DNA of 64,000 bases from Maricaulis sp. (GTDB lineage: Bacteria > Pseudomonadota > Alphaproteobacteria > Caulobacterales > Maricaulaceae), in NCBI RefSeq assembly GCF_048269565.1, contig NZ_JBLXIK010000009.1, positions 12,487 to 76,486 of the forward strand. Direction: 5' to 3'. Made by a program: the position numbers and the translations under genes. Below, one piece after another: positions 54,504-63,493 of this stretch. Position 1 is the first letter of the stretch, and the number at the start of each line of letters is the position of its first letter. Under the pieces are notes generated by a model that saw only the letters and a list, made by a program, of their open reading frames with translations, did no database searches and had not been told where the DNA came from.

Positions 54504-56398
54504 TGGACGACCTCGACCCACAAGCCGCCGTCATGGAACGCCTGACCCATTCAGGCGGCCAGGGCGTCCTGCGCTTTCTCACCTGCGGTTCCGTCGATGA
54601 CGGCAAGTCGACCCTGATCGGCCGGCTGCTGTATGATTCCAAGCTCCTGTTCGAAGACCAGCTCTCCGTGCTGGCGCGCGACAGCCGCAAGCATGGCACG
54701 GTTGGCGAGGAGATCGATTTCGCCCTGTTGCTCGATGGCCTCGAAGCCGAACGCGAGCAGGGCATCACGATTGATGTCGCCTATCGCTATTTTGCGACCG
54801 AGAAGCGCAAATTTGTCGTCGCCGACACGCCGGGCCATGAGCAGTACACGCGCAATATGGCGACGGGGGCCTCGACGGCCGATGTTGCCGTGATGATGAT
54901 TGATGCCCGCAAGGGCGTGCTGATCCAGACCCTGCGCCACACCTATATCGCGCGCATGATGGGCATTCGCCACATCGTGCTGGCGGTCAACAAGATGGAC
55001 CTGGTCGAGCATTCGCGCGGCCGTTTCCACGAGATCGTCGCCGAATATCTCAAGAGCGCCGACAGTCTGGGCTTCGAGACCATCACGCCGATTCCGATGT
55101 CGGCCCGCTTTGGCGAGAACGTCACCGTTCGTAGCGAGACCATGTCCTGGCATACTGGTCCGACCCTGATCGAGCACCTCGAAGGGCTCGACATCTCGGC
55201 CGATATCCAGAACGAACCCTTCCGCATGCCGGTGCAGTGGGTCAACCGGCCCAATCTCAATTTCCGCGGCTATTCCGGCATTATCGTCTCCGGTTCGATC
55301 AAGCCGGGCGATGCGATTGTCGTGGCCAAATCCGGCACCGCCGCCAATGTCAGCCGGATCGTTACCGCCGATGGCGATCTTGACGAGGCCGTGGCCGGCG
55401 ATTCCGTCACCCTGGTGCTCAATCACGAGATCGATATCTCGCGCGGTGACGTGATTGCCTCCGCCGAAGAACGGCCGGAAGTCTCCGACCAGTTCGCGGC
55501 CGAGATCCTGTGGATGAACCAGGAAGACCTGCTGCCGGGCCGTTCCTATCTGCTGAAGATCGGCACCGCGACCACGCCGGCGACCATTTCCTCGCTGCGC
55601 CATCGCGTCGACGTCAACACCTATGAGAAACAGCCCTGCCGCAAGCTGGAGATGAACGGCATCGGCATGTGCAATGTGTCGACCGCGCAACCGATCGCCT
55701 TCGACCCCTATCACAAGATCCGGGATATGGGCGCCTTCATCCTGATCGACCGTTTCACCAATCAGACGGTGGGGGCGGGCATGATCGAATTCGGTCTGCG
55801 CCGGGCGTCCAATATCCACCATCACGCGATGACGGTGACCAAGACCGAGCGGGCCCAGATCAAGGCGCAAAAGCCGGCCGTGCTCTGGTTCACCGGTCTG
55901 TCCGGTGCCGGCAAGTCGACGGTGGCCAATCTGGTCGAGCAGAAACTGGCCCGCGCCGGCCACCACACCTATTCGCTCGATGGCGATAATGTCCGCCATG
56001 GCCTCAATCGCGATCTCGGCTTCACCGATGAGGACCGGGTCGAGAATATCCGCCGGATCGGCGAGGTCGGACGGCTGTTCGTCGATGCCGGTCTGCTGGT
56101 GACCTGTTCCTTCATCTCGCCCTTCCGTTCGGAACGCCGGATGGTGCGGGAACTCGTCGCCGAGGACGAGTTTATCGAGGTGTTTGTCGACACGCCGCTC
56201 GAAGTCTGCATGCAGCGCGATCCGAAGGGGCTCTACAAGAAGGTCGCCGCCGGCGAGATCAAGAATTTCACCGGTTTTGACAGCCCCTATGAAGCGCCGG
56301 AAGACCCGGAGCTGCGCATCGATACCACCGAGATTTCGGCGGAAGATGCGGCCGACCAGGTTATCGCCTTCCTGCGCGAGACCGGCCGTCTCGGCTAG
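54503..56398 (+). CDS. cysNC: Bifunctional sulfate adenylyltransferase subunit 1 / adenylyl-sulfate (APS) kinase (CysN-CysC fusion, NodQ-like)
   Basis: GTPase motifs: [31 protein letters not shown]-terminal APS kinase: [17 protein letters not shown]...[21 protein letters not shown] coupling to cysD. Confidence 0.9.
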   Translation: MDDLDPQAAVMERLTHSGGQGVLRFLTCGSVDDGKSTLIGRLLYDSKLLFEDQLSVLARDSRKHGTVGEEIDFALLLDGLEAEREQGITIDVAYRYFATEKRKFVVADTPGHEQYTRNMATGASTADVAVMMIDARKGVLIQTLRHTYIARMMGIRHIVLAVNKMDLVEHSRGRFHEIVAEYLKSADSLGFETITPIPMSARFGENVTVRSETMSWHTGPTLIEHLEGLDISADIQNEPFRMPVQWVNRPNLNFRGYSGIIVSGSIKPGDAIVVAKSGTAANVSRIVTADGDLDEAVAGDSVTLVLNHEIDISRGDVIASAEERPEVSDQFAAEILWMNQEDLLPGRSYLLKIGTATTPATISSLRHRVDVNTYEKQPCRKLEMNGIGMCNVSTAQPIAFDPYHKIRDMGAFILIDRFTNQTVGAGMIEFGLRRASNIHHHAMTVTKTERAQIKAQKPAVLWFTGLSGAGKSTVANLVEQKLARAGHHTYSLDGDNVRHGLNRDLGFTDEDRVENIRRIGEVGRLFVDAGLLVTCSFISPFRSERRMVRELVAEDEFIEVFVDTPLEVCMQRDPKGLYKKVAAGEIKNFTGFDSPYEAPEDPELRIDTTEISAEDAADQVIAFLRETGRLG

Positions 56399-56420
56399 GG
56401 CCAGGCGGCAGCAAAATACA

Positions 56421-56453
56421 AAAAAGGCCGGGCATTCGCGCCTGGCCTTTTTC
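56421..56453. terminator. Bidirectional Rho-independent terminator between cysNC and cysQ
   Basis: AAAAA-AGGCCGGGC-attcgc-GCCTGGCCT-TTTT gives a 9-bp stem with one G-U pair, flanked by A-run and T-run. Confidence 0.7.
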
Positions 56454-56468
56454 ATGTCTGCAGTCGGG

Positions 56469-57269
56469 TTATGACGGGCGCTGGCCCCAGGCGACGAAAG
56501 CGCCATTGAGGAATTCGGTTTCCGTCTTGGCGTAGAGGAAAGGCTCGCCATCGGGCATCAGCACCGCACCGCCGGCGGCGTTGAGCACGGCATGACCGGC
56601 GCCGGTATCCCATTCGCGCGTCGGGCCGAAACGCGGATAGACATCGGCGAGCCCTTCCGCGACGAGACAGAATTTCAGCGAGGAACCGGCCGAGGTGCGC
56701 TCGGTGACGCCGACGGAGTCGGCGAAGGCGAGGGTGGCGGCATCGGCGTGCGACCGGCTCATTACCCCGGTCAGCCCGCCGGCCGGGCGCGCACGGGTAC
56801 TGATCGGCGCGAGCTGGTCAGGCCGGATCGCATCGCCGGCCTTCAGGGCTCCGGCCCAGGCCTCGGTGCCGCCGATATAGACGCGCTCGCGTGCCGGTGC
56901 GTAGACGCAGCCGGCGGTCGGGATGCGGTCTTCGACCAGGGCGATATTGACGGTGAATTCGCCGTTCTTGTTGATGAATTCCTTGGTGCCATCGACCGGG
57001 TCAACGAGGATGAAGGTCTGGCCGACATCGGGGCGGAAGCCGGCCGAGAAGCTTTCCTCGGCGAGGACGGGGATGCCCGGGAGCAGTTTCTCCAGCCCGG
57101 CGAGGATGATCTTCTCGGCGAGCTCGTCGGCATCGGTGACCGGCGAGGCATCATCCTTGTCGCGCGCGGCGAAGTCGGAATTGTAGATTTCCATGATGGC
57201 GGAACCGGCTTCGCTGCACAGGCGGGCGAATTCGAAGGCGAGGGCATTCTTGTCATTGATCAGGGACAT
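56469..57269 (-). CDS. cysQ: 3'(2'),5'-bisphosphate nucleotidase (PAP phosphatase)
   Basis: ATG at 57269 after GGAG, so the tracked 409-aa ORF is an upstream extension. SPVTDADE...LAEES...ILVDPVDGTKEF...WDTGAGHAVL are CysQ motifs. Confidence 0.85.
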   Translation of the reverse strand: MSLINDKNALAFEFARLCSEAGSAIMEIYNSDFAARDKDDASPVTDADELAEKIILAGLEKLLPGIPVLAEESFSAGFRPDVGQTFILVDPVDGTKEFINKNGEFTVNIALVEDRIPTAGCVYAPARERVYIGGTEAWAGALKAGDAIRPDQLAPISTRARPAGGLTGVMSRSHADAATLAFADSVGVTERTSAGSSLKFCLVAEGLADVYPRFGPTREWDTGAGHAVLNAAGGAVLMPDGEPFLYAKTETEFLNGAFVAWGQRPS

Positions 57270-57286
57270 GGGAACTCCAGACGGGG

Positions 57287-59095
57287 TCAGAAATGCAGGA
57301 TTGCCAGTGTGGCAATGGCGGCAATGGCGTAGGCGATGAGCACCACACTTCCCAGGCGCAGGAAGTGGGACAGGCGATATTGCCCCGGCGTCAGCACCAT
57401 CAGGTGGGTCTGATAGCCGAAGGGCAGGAGAAAACTGGCGCTGGCACCGAAGGCGGTCGCGAGCACGAACGCGTCGGCGGGCAGGGCGAGCTGGACCGCG
57501 GTGCCCAGGGCGACGGGCAGGGTGATCAGCGCCGCGCTGGCGTTCGAGAACAGCTCGGTCATGCACCAGGCGAGCAGAAATATCGCCGCCAGCGCCGCCC
57601 AGTCGGGCAGGCCATTGACCTGGTGGGCAATGAAATCGGCCAGCACATCGGAGGCACCCGATTGCTGGATCAGCTGGCTCAGCAGCACCGCGCCCCACAG
57701 GATGATCACCAGCTCGAAGGGGAATATCCGCTTGGTCTCGCGCGGCGTGATCCAGCCGCTGAGGACGCAGGCCGCCGCCATCAGGAAGGCCGCCAGTGCA
57801 AAGGGCAGAAGCTGGAACACCGCGACGATCAGGAAAAGCACAAAGCTGGCCCCGAGCAACAGCGTGTTGCCGCGGCTGAGCGGGACCTGGCCAGGCTCCT
57901 CGACATCGAGAATGTGCAGATTGGTGCGCAGATTCCTGCGCGAGCGGAAGTCGGGCCCTGCGGCGAGGATCAGGATATCGCCGGTCTTGAGCCGGATCTC
58001 GCCCAGCTTGCCCGACAGGCTTTCATCACCGCGGCGCACCGCGACCACCGAGGCATCGAAGCGGGCGCGGAAATCGGCCTCCTTCAGGGTGCGGCCGTCG
58101 AGGACGGAATTGTTGGCGATCACGGCATGAAACAGCGTGCCGAGGCGCTCCGGCTGCGAGGGGCCGTCAATCGAGATACCATTGATGGCGTGCAATTCGT
58201 CAACATGGATGAAGTCACCGACGAAGATCAGCCGGTCGCCTTCCTCGATCGCATGGCTGGGATTGACCGGGGAGATGATGCGTTCCTGGCGCACGATTTC
58301 GGCGAGGAAAAAGCTTTGCAAATGCCGCAACTGGTTTTCGCCGATATTGCGGCCGATCAGTTTCGAGCCGGGCTGCACCCGGGCCTCGACATAGTAGACG
58401 GCCGTGTCGGCATCGCCCGAGCCTGCCGGCCGCCGCAGGATGATCGGGGCCACCAGCACAAGCGCGCCGAACACGGCCAGCGCCGCCATCGCACCGGGCA
58501 GGGCAAAGTCGAGCACGGTGAGTTGCAGCCCGCCGCGCGCCGCCTCGCCGACCACCATCAGGCTGGCGCTGGTCCCGAACGGCGTCAGCATGCCTCCGGC
58601 CAGCGCCATGTAGGACAGCGGCAGCAACAGGGCGTGCGGCGGGATATTGGGGTGCCGTGCGGCCGGACCCATGAAGGCGCCGACGACAGCAGTATTGGGC
58701 GTGAAGGCGGAGACCAGACCGGTCAGGCCGAGAAAGCGGAACAGGCTGGCGCGCATGCCCAGCCGGGCGCGCCCGAACAATGCCTGTCCGATCCCCGGGA
58801 TCTTGGTCAGGGCGGCCGCGACAATCACCAGGCTGGTGACGGCGATGATCGCCGGAGATGTGATGGCGGTGACGGCGTCGGAAAATCCGATCTGTCCAGT
58901 GATGATGACGCCGATGATGAAGCCGGCAAAGGCGCGCGTTGTCCCGACCCGGCCCGACAGGAGGGCCGCGGCCAGCAGTGTAATCAGCACAATATCGATG
59001 ATCGTCGCGCTCAATCTTCCCCCCGGAATTTGCCTGCCCTTGCGGGTGAGCAAGTGGTAGCGTATCGCGAGCACAATCCAAATCCCTGCCTGCAT
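57287..59095 (-). CDS. SLC13/DASS-family anion permease with two central TrkA-C (RCK_C) domains, a putative sulfate importer
   Basis: 602 aa with multiple TM segments at both ends. Two central soluble repeats have the pattern V..GS.L.G..I....LR.....L..I.R......P......EGD.L...G. It ends 18 nt upstream of cysQ on the same strand. Confidence 0.7.
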   Translation of the reverse strand: MQAGIWIVLAIRYHLLTRKGRQIPGGRLSATIIDIVLITLLAAALLSGRVGTTRAFAGFIIGVIITGQIGFSDAVTAITSPAIIAVTSLVIVAAALTKIPGIGQALFGRARLGMRASLFRFLGLTGLVSAFTPNTAVVGAFMGPAARHPNIPPHALLLPLSYMALAGGMLTPFGTSASLMVVGEAARGGLQLTVLDFALPGAMAALAVFGALVLVAPIILRRPAGSGDADTAVYYVEARVQPGSKLIGRNIGENQLRHLQSFFLAEIVRQERIISPVNPSHAIEEGDRLIFVGDFIHVDELHAINGISIDGPSQPERLGTLFHAVIANNSVLDGRTLKEADFRARFDASVVAVRRGDESLSGKLGEIRLKTGDILILAAGPDFRSRRNLRTNLHILDVEEPGQVPLSRGNTLLLGASFVLFLIVAVFQLLPFALAAFLMAAACVLSGWITPRETKRIFPFELVIILWGAVLLSQLIQQSGASDVLADFIAHQVNGLPDWAALAAIFLLAWCMTELFSNASAALITLPVALGTAVQLALPADAFVLATAFGASASFLLPFGYQTHLMVLTPGQYRLSHFLRLGSVVLIAYAIAAIATLAILHF

Positions 59096-59223
59096 TTACA
59101 GGCCCGGTTTCCGCTGTGAAGCTGGGCGGGAAGCCGCAAGGGTGGTAACGGTGCGGCAGATTGGCTTCAATCCACGGCGCGGACCCCTCAATGACCGTCG
59201 ACAATACATCCCGGCAAGGGCCC

Positions 59224-60213
59224 ATGGCGGATATCGCCGTCCTGATCGTGGCTTATCGCAGCCGCGACACGCTGGGCCAGTGTCTCGAGACGCTGGCGGC
59301 GCAGACCGTGCGGCCGCGCCGGGTCCTGGTGCTGGAGAATGGCTCGCCCGAGGGCGAGCGGATCGATGCTGCGACGCTGCCCGACTGGATCGAATTCATC
59401 GAGAGCGATGAAAACCTCGGTTTTGCCGGCGGCAATAACCGGCTGGCGGATCTGGCGGATAGCGAATGGCTCGCCCTGCTCAATCCCGACGCCTTTCCCC
59501 GGTCGGACTGGCTGGAACAATTGCTCGAGGGCGCGGCGCGCTACCCGCAGATTGACCTGTTCGGATCGACGCAATACGCGGCCGGCTATTCCGGACAACT
59601 CGACGGCGTCGGCGATGTCTATCATGCGACCGGGCTGGCCTACCGGGCCGGCTATGGGCGCTCCGTCGACCTGCTGCCGCCCGATGGCGAGGTGTTCGCG
59701 GTCTGCGGTGCTGCAACCTTTGTCCGCCGGTCGCTGTTCGCGGCCCTGGGCGGGTTCGACGAGCGCTTCTTTTGTTATAATGAGGATGTCGACCTCGCCT
59801 ATCGCGCCCGGCTGGCCGGGCACAGGGCGATGCAGCTGCGCGACGCAGCGGTTGATCATCTGGGCTATGCCTCGTCGGGACGGCGATCGGAATTCGCCAC
59901 CTATTATGGCGTGCGCAACCGGCTGTGGGTGTTTCTCAAGAATACGCCCGGCTGGCTGTTCTGGCTGCTCTTGCCGGTGCATGCCGCCATCACCGCCCTT
60001 CTGTGGCTGTCGGCGGCGCGCTTTGGTCAGTTCACCGTATTCGGGCGGGCCCTGCGCGATGCGCTGGGCCGGCGCGGCGAGATGATGCAGTCGCGGCGGG
60101 AGATTCAGGCGAACCGCGTCGCCACGACCTGGCAGATGGCGCAGGCGATGAGCTGGAATCCATTGCGCCTGCTCACCCGGGCGCCGGACGTTCGCCCGCT
60201 GGCCCGGGACTAG
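59224..60213 (+). CDS. Glycosyltransferase family 2
   Basis: MADIAVLIVAYRSRDTLGQCLETLAAQT...VLENGSPEG...NLGFAGGNN...CGAATFVRR...EDVDLAYR is the GT2 (rhamnosyltransferase-like) pattern. Alternative upstream starts exist at 59191 and 59161. Confidence 0.8.
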   Translation: MADIAVLIVAYRSRDTLGQCLETLAAQTVRPRRVLVLENGSPEGERIDAATLPDWIEFIESDENLGFAGGNNRLADLADSEWLALLNPDAFPRSDWLEQLLEGAARYPQIDLFGSTQYAAGYSGQLDGVGDVYHATGLAYRAGYGRSVDLLPPDGEVFAVCGAATFVRRSLFAALGGFDERFFCYNEDVDLAYRARLAGHRAMQLRDAAVDHLGYASSGRRSEFATYYGVRNRLWVFLKNTPGWLFWLLLPVHAAITALLWLSAARFGQFTVFGRALRDALGRRGEMMQSRREIQANRVATTWQMAQAMSWNPLRLLTRAPDVRPLARD

Positions 60214-60815
60214 CAGTCGGGCAGCTGGTCCAGCGGCGTCAGCTCGACGCGTTGGAGATCGACGGTGTTGCGCTCGAAATCCCAGGCCGGCCACAGGCCG
60301 ATATAGGCATGGTCCCAGCTGCAGACCGGGGCTGCCACTTCGATGGTGAAGGACTCGAATCCGTCGTCGGGCTCGACATGCTCGCCGGAATTCTGACCGA
60401 TGCCGGGGACAAAGAAATTGAGACGCACGTTGTCGGCGCCGTGTTCGGGCGCGCGGCGCAGGGTGAAGCTGACCCGGACGCGCCGGCCCTGGATCGCGTC
60501 AATCTCGGTCGGCGACAGCGCGAAAAAGGCGCCGGCTGACTGGATGCCGTCGAACGGGCCACGCACCGCGTCGATGCGGGCGAAGTTCTCGTCGCCTTCG
60601 GTGAGGAACCGCGCTGTCAGACCGTTGCCGGTCGTCAGGGCGTTGAGGCCGTCGCCCTCGTAAACGATGCCCTCGGAGAGGATTTCCTCGCGTGAGCGCA
60701 CGGTATTGTCACCATGGCTCAGGGCGCCGCCGACCATTCCGGCGGTGACGAGGGCTGCGATCGGGTAAAAGGCCCAGTCGGGCAGGCTGTACATCTGAGT
60801 TTTCGACCTGGACAA
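60210..60815 (-). CDS. Membrane-anchored hypothetical protein
   Basis: 201 aa with one N-terminal TM (WAFYPIAALVTAGMVGGAL) followed by a beta-rich domain. Its stop shares a palindromic CTAG with the convergent GT2 gene. I recognised no motif. Confidence 0.5.
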   Translation of the reverse strand: MSRSKTQMYSLPDWAFYPIAALVTAGMVGGALSHGDNTVRSREEILSEGIVYEGDGLNALTTGNGLTARFLTEGDENFARIDAVRGPFDGIQSAGAFFALSPTEIDAIQGRRVRVSFTLRRAPEHGADNVRLNFFVPGIGQNSGEHVEPDDGFESFTIEVAAPVCSWDHAYIGLWPAWDFERNTVDLQRVELTPLDQLPDC

Positions 60816-61029
60816 GCGATGGATGACGAAGAAAGTGTTTGGCGCGGATGTCCGGCCGGGTCAACGGCGGCATCGCGGTCCGCACGCCATGAATTGTTGC
60901 GGATATCGGCCTCGCTTTTGCCCCGATCCGGTGCGAGAAAACCCGGTATTGACCACGGGAGTCAAGGCGCGGGGCGGCAATCTTGAGACAGTACTTGAAC
61001 TTTGACGCGACGCAGCGGATTTTAGGACG

Positions 61030-61323
61030 ATGACGGAACGACCCAATTCCGCTGACGATCCCCTTCTGGCGGCCGTAACCCGGTTGAACGGGGCGTTGGC
61101 GCGCATTGAGGGGCAGACCAAGAAACTGCGCGGCCGTGTTGAACGCGCCGAGTCGGCGGCGATCGGGGCCCGTGATGCCGATGATGACCGGGCACGGCTC
61201 GCCGATGCGCTCGATACGGCGCGGGCCCGGGAACAGGCCCTGCAACAGGTTGCGCAGGAGACATCGGACGCGCTCGACCGGGCGATTGGCGAATTGCGTC
61301 TGTATATGGATGAGGGGGGCTAG
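61030..61323 (+). CDS. Small coiled-coil protein upstream of zapA (ZauP-like)
   Basis: 97 aa, helical and charged (LNGALARIEGQTKKLRGRVERAE...RAREQALQQVAQE). It sits immediately upstream of zapA, as described for Caulobacter ZauP. RBS AGGACG. Confidence 0.5.
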   Translation: MTERPNSADDPLLAAVTRLNGALARIEGQTKKLRGRVERAESAAIGARDADDDRARLADALDTARAREQALQQVAQETSDALDRAIGELRLYMDEGG

Positions 61324-61329
61324 ATCGGC

Positions 61330-61758
61330 ATGTCCAAGGTAGCGGTCACACTCAATGGTCGGGTTTATTCGATTGGCTGCGAGGAGGGGCAGGAAGCCTA
61401 TCTGCGCGAGCTCGCCGGCTATCTCGACGGCAAGGTCTCCATCATGGCCGGCCAGGTCGGACAGATCGGTGATCTGCGCCTGGCGGTGATGGCCTCGCTG
61501 ATCGTGGTCGACGAGCTCAAGGATGCCGAGCGCCGCATCGAGACGCTCGAGGCCGAGCTGGATGCACTGCGCTCGCAGGCCCAGGGTTCCGACAGCGAAT
61601 ATGGCGAGGAGCGCCAGCACCTCGCGGAACACCTGCTCAAGGCGGCCCAGCGCCTGGAACAGCTCGCCGCCAGCCTCGACTTTCCCGAACCCGATCTCGA
61701 CGCGGACGCCAGCCCGGTCACTGAGCCGAAGATCAAATTCGCAGATGCCCGCCCTTGA
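61330..61758 (+). CDS. zapA: Cell-division protein ZapA
   Basis: MSKVAVTLNGRVYSIGCEEGQEAYLRELAGYLDGKV...LAVMASLIVVDEL is the ZapA domain, followed by a coiled-coil tail. Confidence 0.85.
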   Translation: MSKVAVTLNGRVYSIGCEEGQEAYLRELAGYLDGKVSIMAGQVGQIGDLRLAVMASLIVVDELKDAERRIETLEAELDALRSQAQGSDSEYGEERQHLAEHLLKAAQRLEQLAASLDFPEPDLDADASPVTEPKIKFADARP

Positions 61759-61779
61759 GCCGCAGCCCGTTAGGCCTCA

Positions 61780-61950
61780 CATAGGGGGCGGCGGTGTCTG
61801 CAGCGTGCGATGGGACATAAATTCCACGGACCGTACATCACCACGAGGGAGCTGCCTCTGCTAGGGACCCTGGTCCTCTGTATGCGGCGCCCACCTGCAC
61901 CGTCGGGTCAGTGGGGATTTACATGTCTTGCCGGCGCAGGTGGAGCCGCC
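61780..61950 (+). ncRNA. ssrS: Predicted 6S RNA (ssrS); boundaries approximate
   Basis: A non-coding gap of about 190 nt lies exactly between zapA and the 5-formyl-THF cyclo-ligase gene, the conserved zapA-ssrS-ygfA context. Long-range pairings found by hand: GGCGGC (61786-91) with GCCGCC (61945-50), CGGCGGTG with CACCGTCG, and GGGACATAAATTCCACGG with CAGTGGGGATTTACATGTC. No covariance model was run. Confidence 0.5.
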
Positions 61951-61952
61951 AC

Positions 61953-62522
61953 ATGAATTTGCAAGCGCTCAAGGATGAGTTGCGGCGGCGCGCCCTTGCA
62001 GCGCGCCAGGCCGCCCATGAGAGCGATCCCGATGCCGGTGAGCGCCTGGCAGCGCATTTTTCGTTTGAGCGTCTGGCGCTCGGCTCGGTGGTTTCGGGCT
62101 ATTGGCCGCTGCCCGGCGAGATCGACCCGCGCCCGCTGATGGCGGCGCTGGAGGCGCGGGGCGCCTGTCTTGCCCTGCCGGTGGTGATTGGCCCCGGCCA
62201 AGCCCTGATATTCCGCGAATGGCGCGCCGGCGATCCGCTGCAGCGCCGGGCCTTTGGCCTGATGGAGCCGCAGGAGAGCGCCCCGGAACTTGTCCCGGAT
62301 GTCCTGCTGGTGCCTCTGCTGGCGGTCGATCCCGACGGCAACCGCCTCGGCTTCGGCAAGGGCTACTATGACCGCACGCTGGCTGGGCTGCGCGCCACCG
62401 GCGCGCCGCTGGCGATCGGGCTGGCCCATGAGGCGCAGATCGTGGCGGCGGTGCCGGTGGATGAGTTCGATCAGCCGCTGGACGGGGTGGTGACCGGGGA
62501 GCGGCTTTTCTGGACGGGATGA
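61953..62522 (+). CDS. ygfA: 5-formyltetrahydrofolate cyclo-ligase
   Basis: Start MNLQALKDELRRRALAAR at 61953. LPGEIDPRPL...LALPVV...PDVLLVPLLAVDPDGNRLGFGKGYYDR is the MTHFS signature. Confidence 0.85.
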   Translation: MNLQALKDELRRRALAARQAAHESDPDAGERLAAHFSFERLALGSVVSGYWPLPGEIDPRPLMAALEARGACLALPVVIGPGQALIFREWRAGDPLQRRAFGLMEPQESAPELVPDVLLVPLLAVDPDGNRLGFGKGYYDRTLAGLRATGAPLAIGLAHEAQIVAAVPVDEFDQPLDGVVTGERLFWTG

Positions 62523-62523
62523 C

Positions 62524-62575
62524 GGGACAGACACGATGAGCTGGTGTTCGCGAACCCGATAATCGTGTCTGTCCC
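62524..62575. terminator. Perfect 14-bp inverted repeat between convergent genes, a likely transcription stop or protein-binding site
   Basis: GGGACAGACACGAT (62524-62537) pairs with ATCGTGTCTGTCCC (62562-62575) around a 24-nt loop. There is no clean T-tract. Confidence 0.45.
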
Positions 62576-62640
62576 GATTGCCTCCAATTGCCTCAAGGGG
62601 TGCTGCCACCATTTGTGACAGCACCCCGGACAGCGACGCT

Positions 62641-63360
62641 CTAGTCGGCAGTTGATGGCTCCCCGACGCGTGCTTTCGTGTTGATGCCCGCAAACAACAG
62701 CCAAAACGCGGCGACCCATTCGAACAAGGCGCCTGGCACGAAAAACAGCATGACCTGCTCTGCCAGGGACGGGTATAATATGATTGACGCCGCCAGGGTT
62801 CCGATCACCGAGTAGGTCACAATGCCCCAGGCAGACAGCCAGCGGGGAATAAGGCGCGACCGGAAGAACAGGCTGAAAAAGATCACCCCGCCCACGGCCA
62901 TCGGAACAAGCAGGATGTAGAGCGCCGATCCGTAGATGTCGCGCAGGAACGCCACGAGCGAGACGCGCGCCTCGCCCGACAGGCCCGGAGTCAGATCCGG
63001 GTTCACGACCGCTGCAAAAGCGGCATATTTGAAGATGATGAATGTTGCGCCCATCGCACCTTCGATCAGCCGGCAGAAGGCGGCAATGAGCGCGCCACCC
63101 TGGCTGACCGACTTCAGGACGACATACATCGCGGCAGCCGAGACGCAGACAAAGGTGTAGAGCACGGCCTCGGCCAGAAACCCCGTACGGAACATGAATT
63201 CGAGCGCCGGCGACGCGGCACCTTGCTCCGAAAGCGCACCGAGCGATGGAATTGGCCCGAAGGTGATGTACAGCCCCGCCAAGGTGTAGGCGAGATATGA
63301 AAACCCGGCCAGCCGAGCCATGCGGCGAACGGTTGCTTCAGTGTGGTGTATTGCAGACAT
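62641..63360 (-). CDS. DUF4386-like integral membrane protein
   Basis: ATG at 63360 (MSAIHHTEATVRRMARLAGFSYLAY...). About 6 TM segments. The N-terminal RxAG..YL pattern resembles DUF4386 as I remember it. Confidence 0.55.
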   Translation of the reverse strand: MSAIHHTEATVRRMARLAGFSYLAYTLAGLYITFGPIPSLGALSEQGAASPALEFMFRTGFLAEAVLYTFVCVSAAAMYVVLKSVSQGGALIAAFCRLIEGAMGATFIIFKYAAFAAVVNPDLTPGLSGEARVSLVAFLRDIYGSALYILLVPMAVGGVIFFSLFFRSRLIPRWLSAWGIVTYSVIGTLAASIILYPSLAEQVMLFFVPGALFEWVAAFWLLFAGINTKARVGEPSTAD

Positions 63361-63493
63361 GGCGTGAGCGCCTCCTTCTATCAAGCAATGATCCGGGCCG
63401 GTGTCGAATGCCGGCGGATCGAAACTGAGGGAGGTCAGGCTGTCTGTCGTCCGAATGGGGCTATTCGGACGTCGTTGGGATCATTTTGTCAGA

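Noticed and set aside
56469-57698. The full 409-aa tracked ORF taken as cysQ
   Set aside because: The N-terminal 143 aa are Arg/Pro/Gly-rich and overlap the 3' end of the SLC13 permease gene on the same strand. The internal ATG at 57269 has a GGAG RBS and gives a protein of canonical CysQ length (266 aa).
45668-59119. Very long antisense ORFs: 45668-46942 (-), 49748-51622 (-), 51707-53533 (-), 54551-56551 (-) and 57293-59119 (+)
   Set aside because: Each lies opposite a gene with canonical motifs (Gfo/Idh/MocA, glmS, DegT, cysNC, SLC13 permease). All are R/G/A/D/Q-rich with no recognisable domains.
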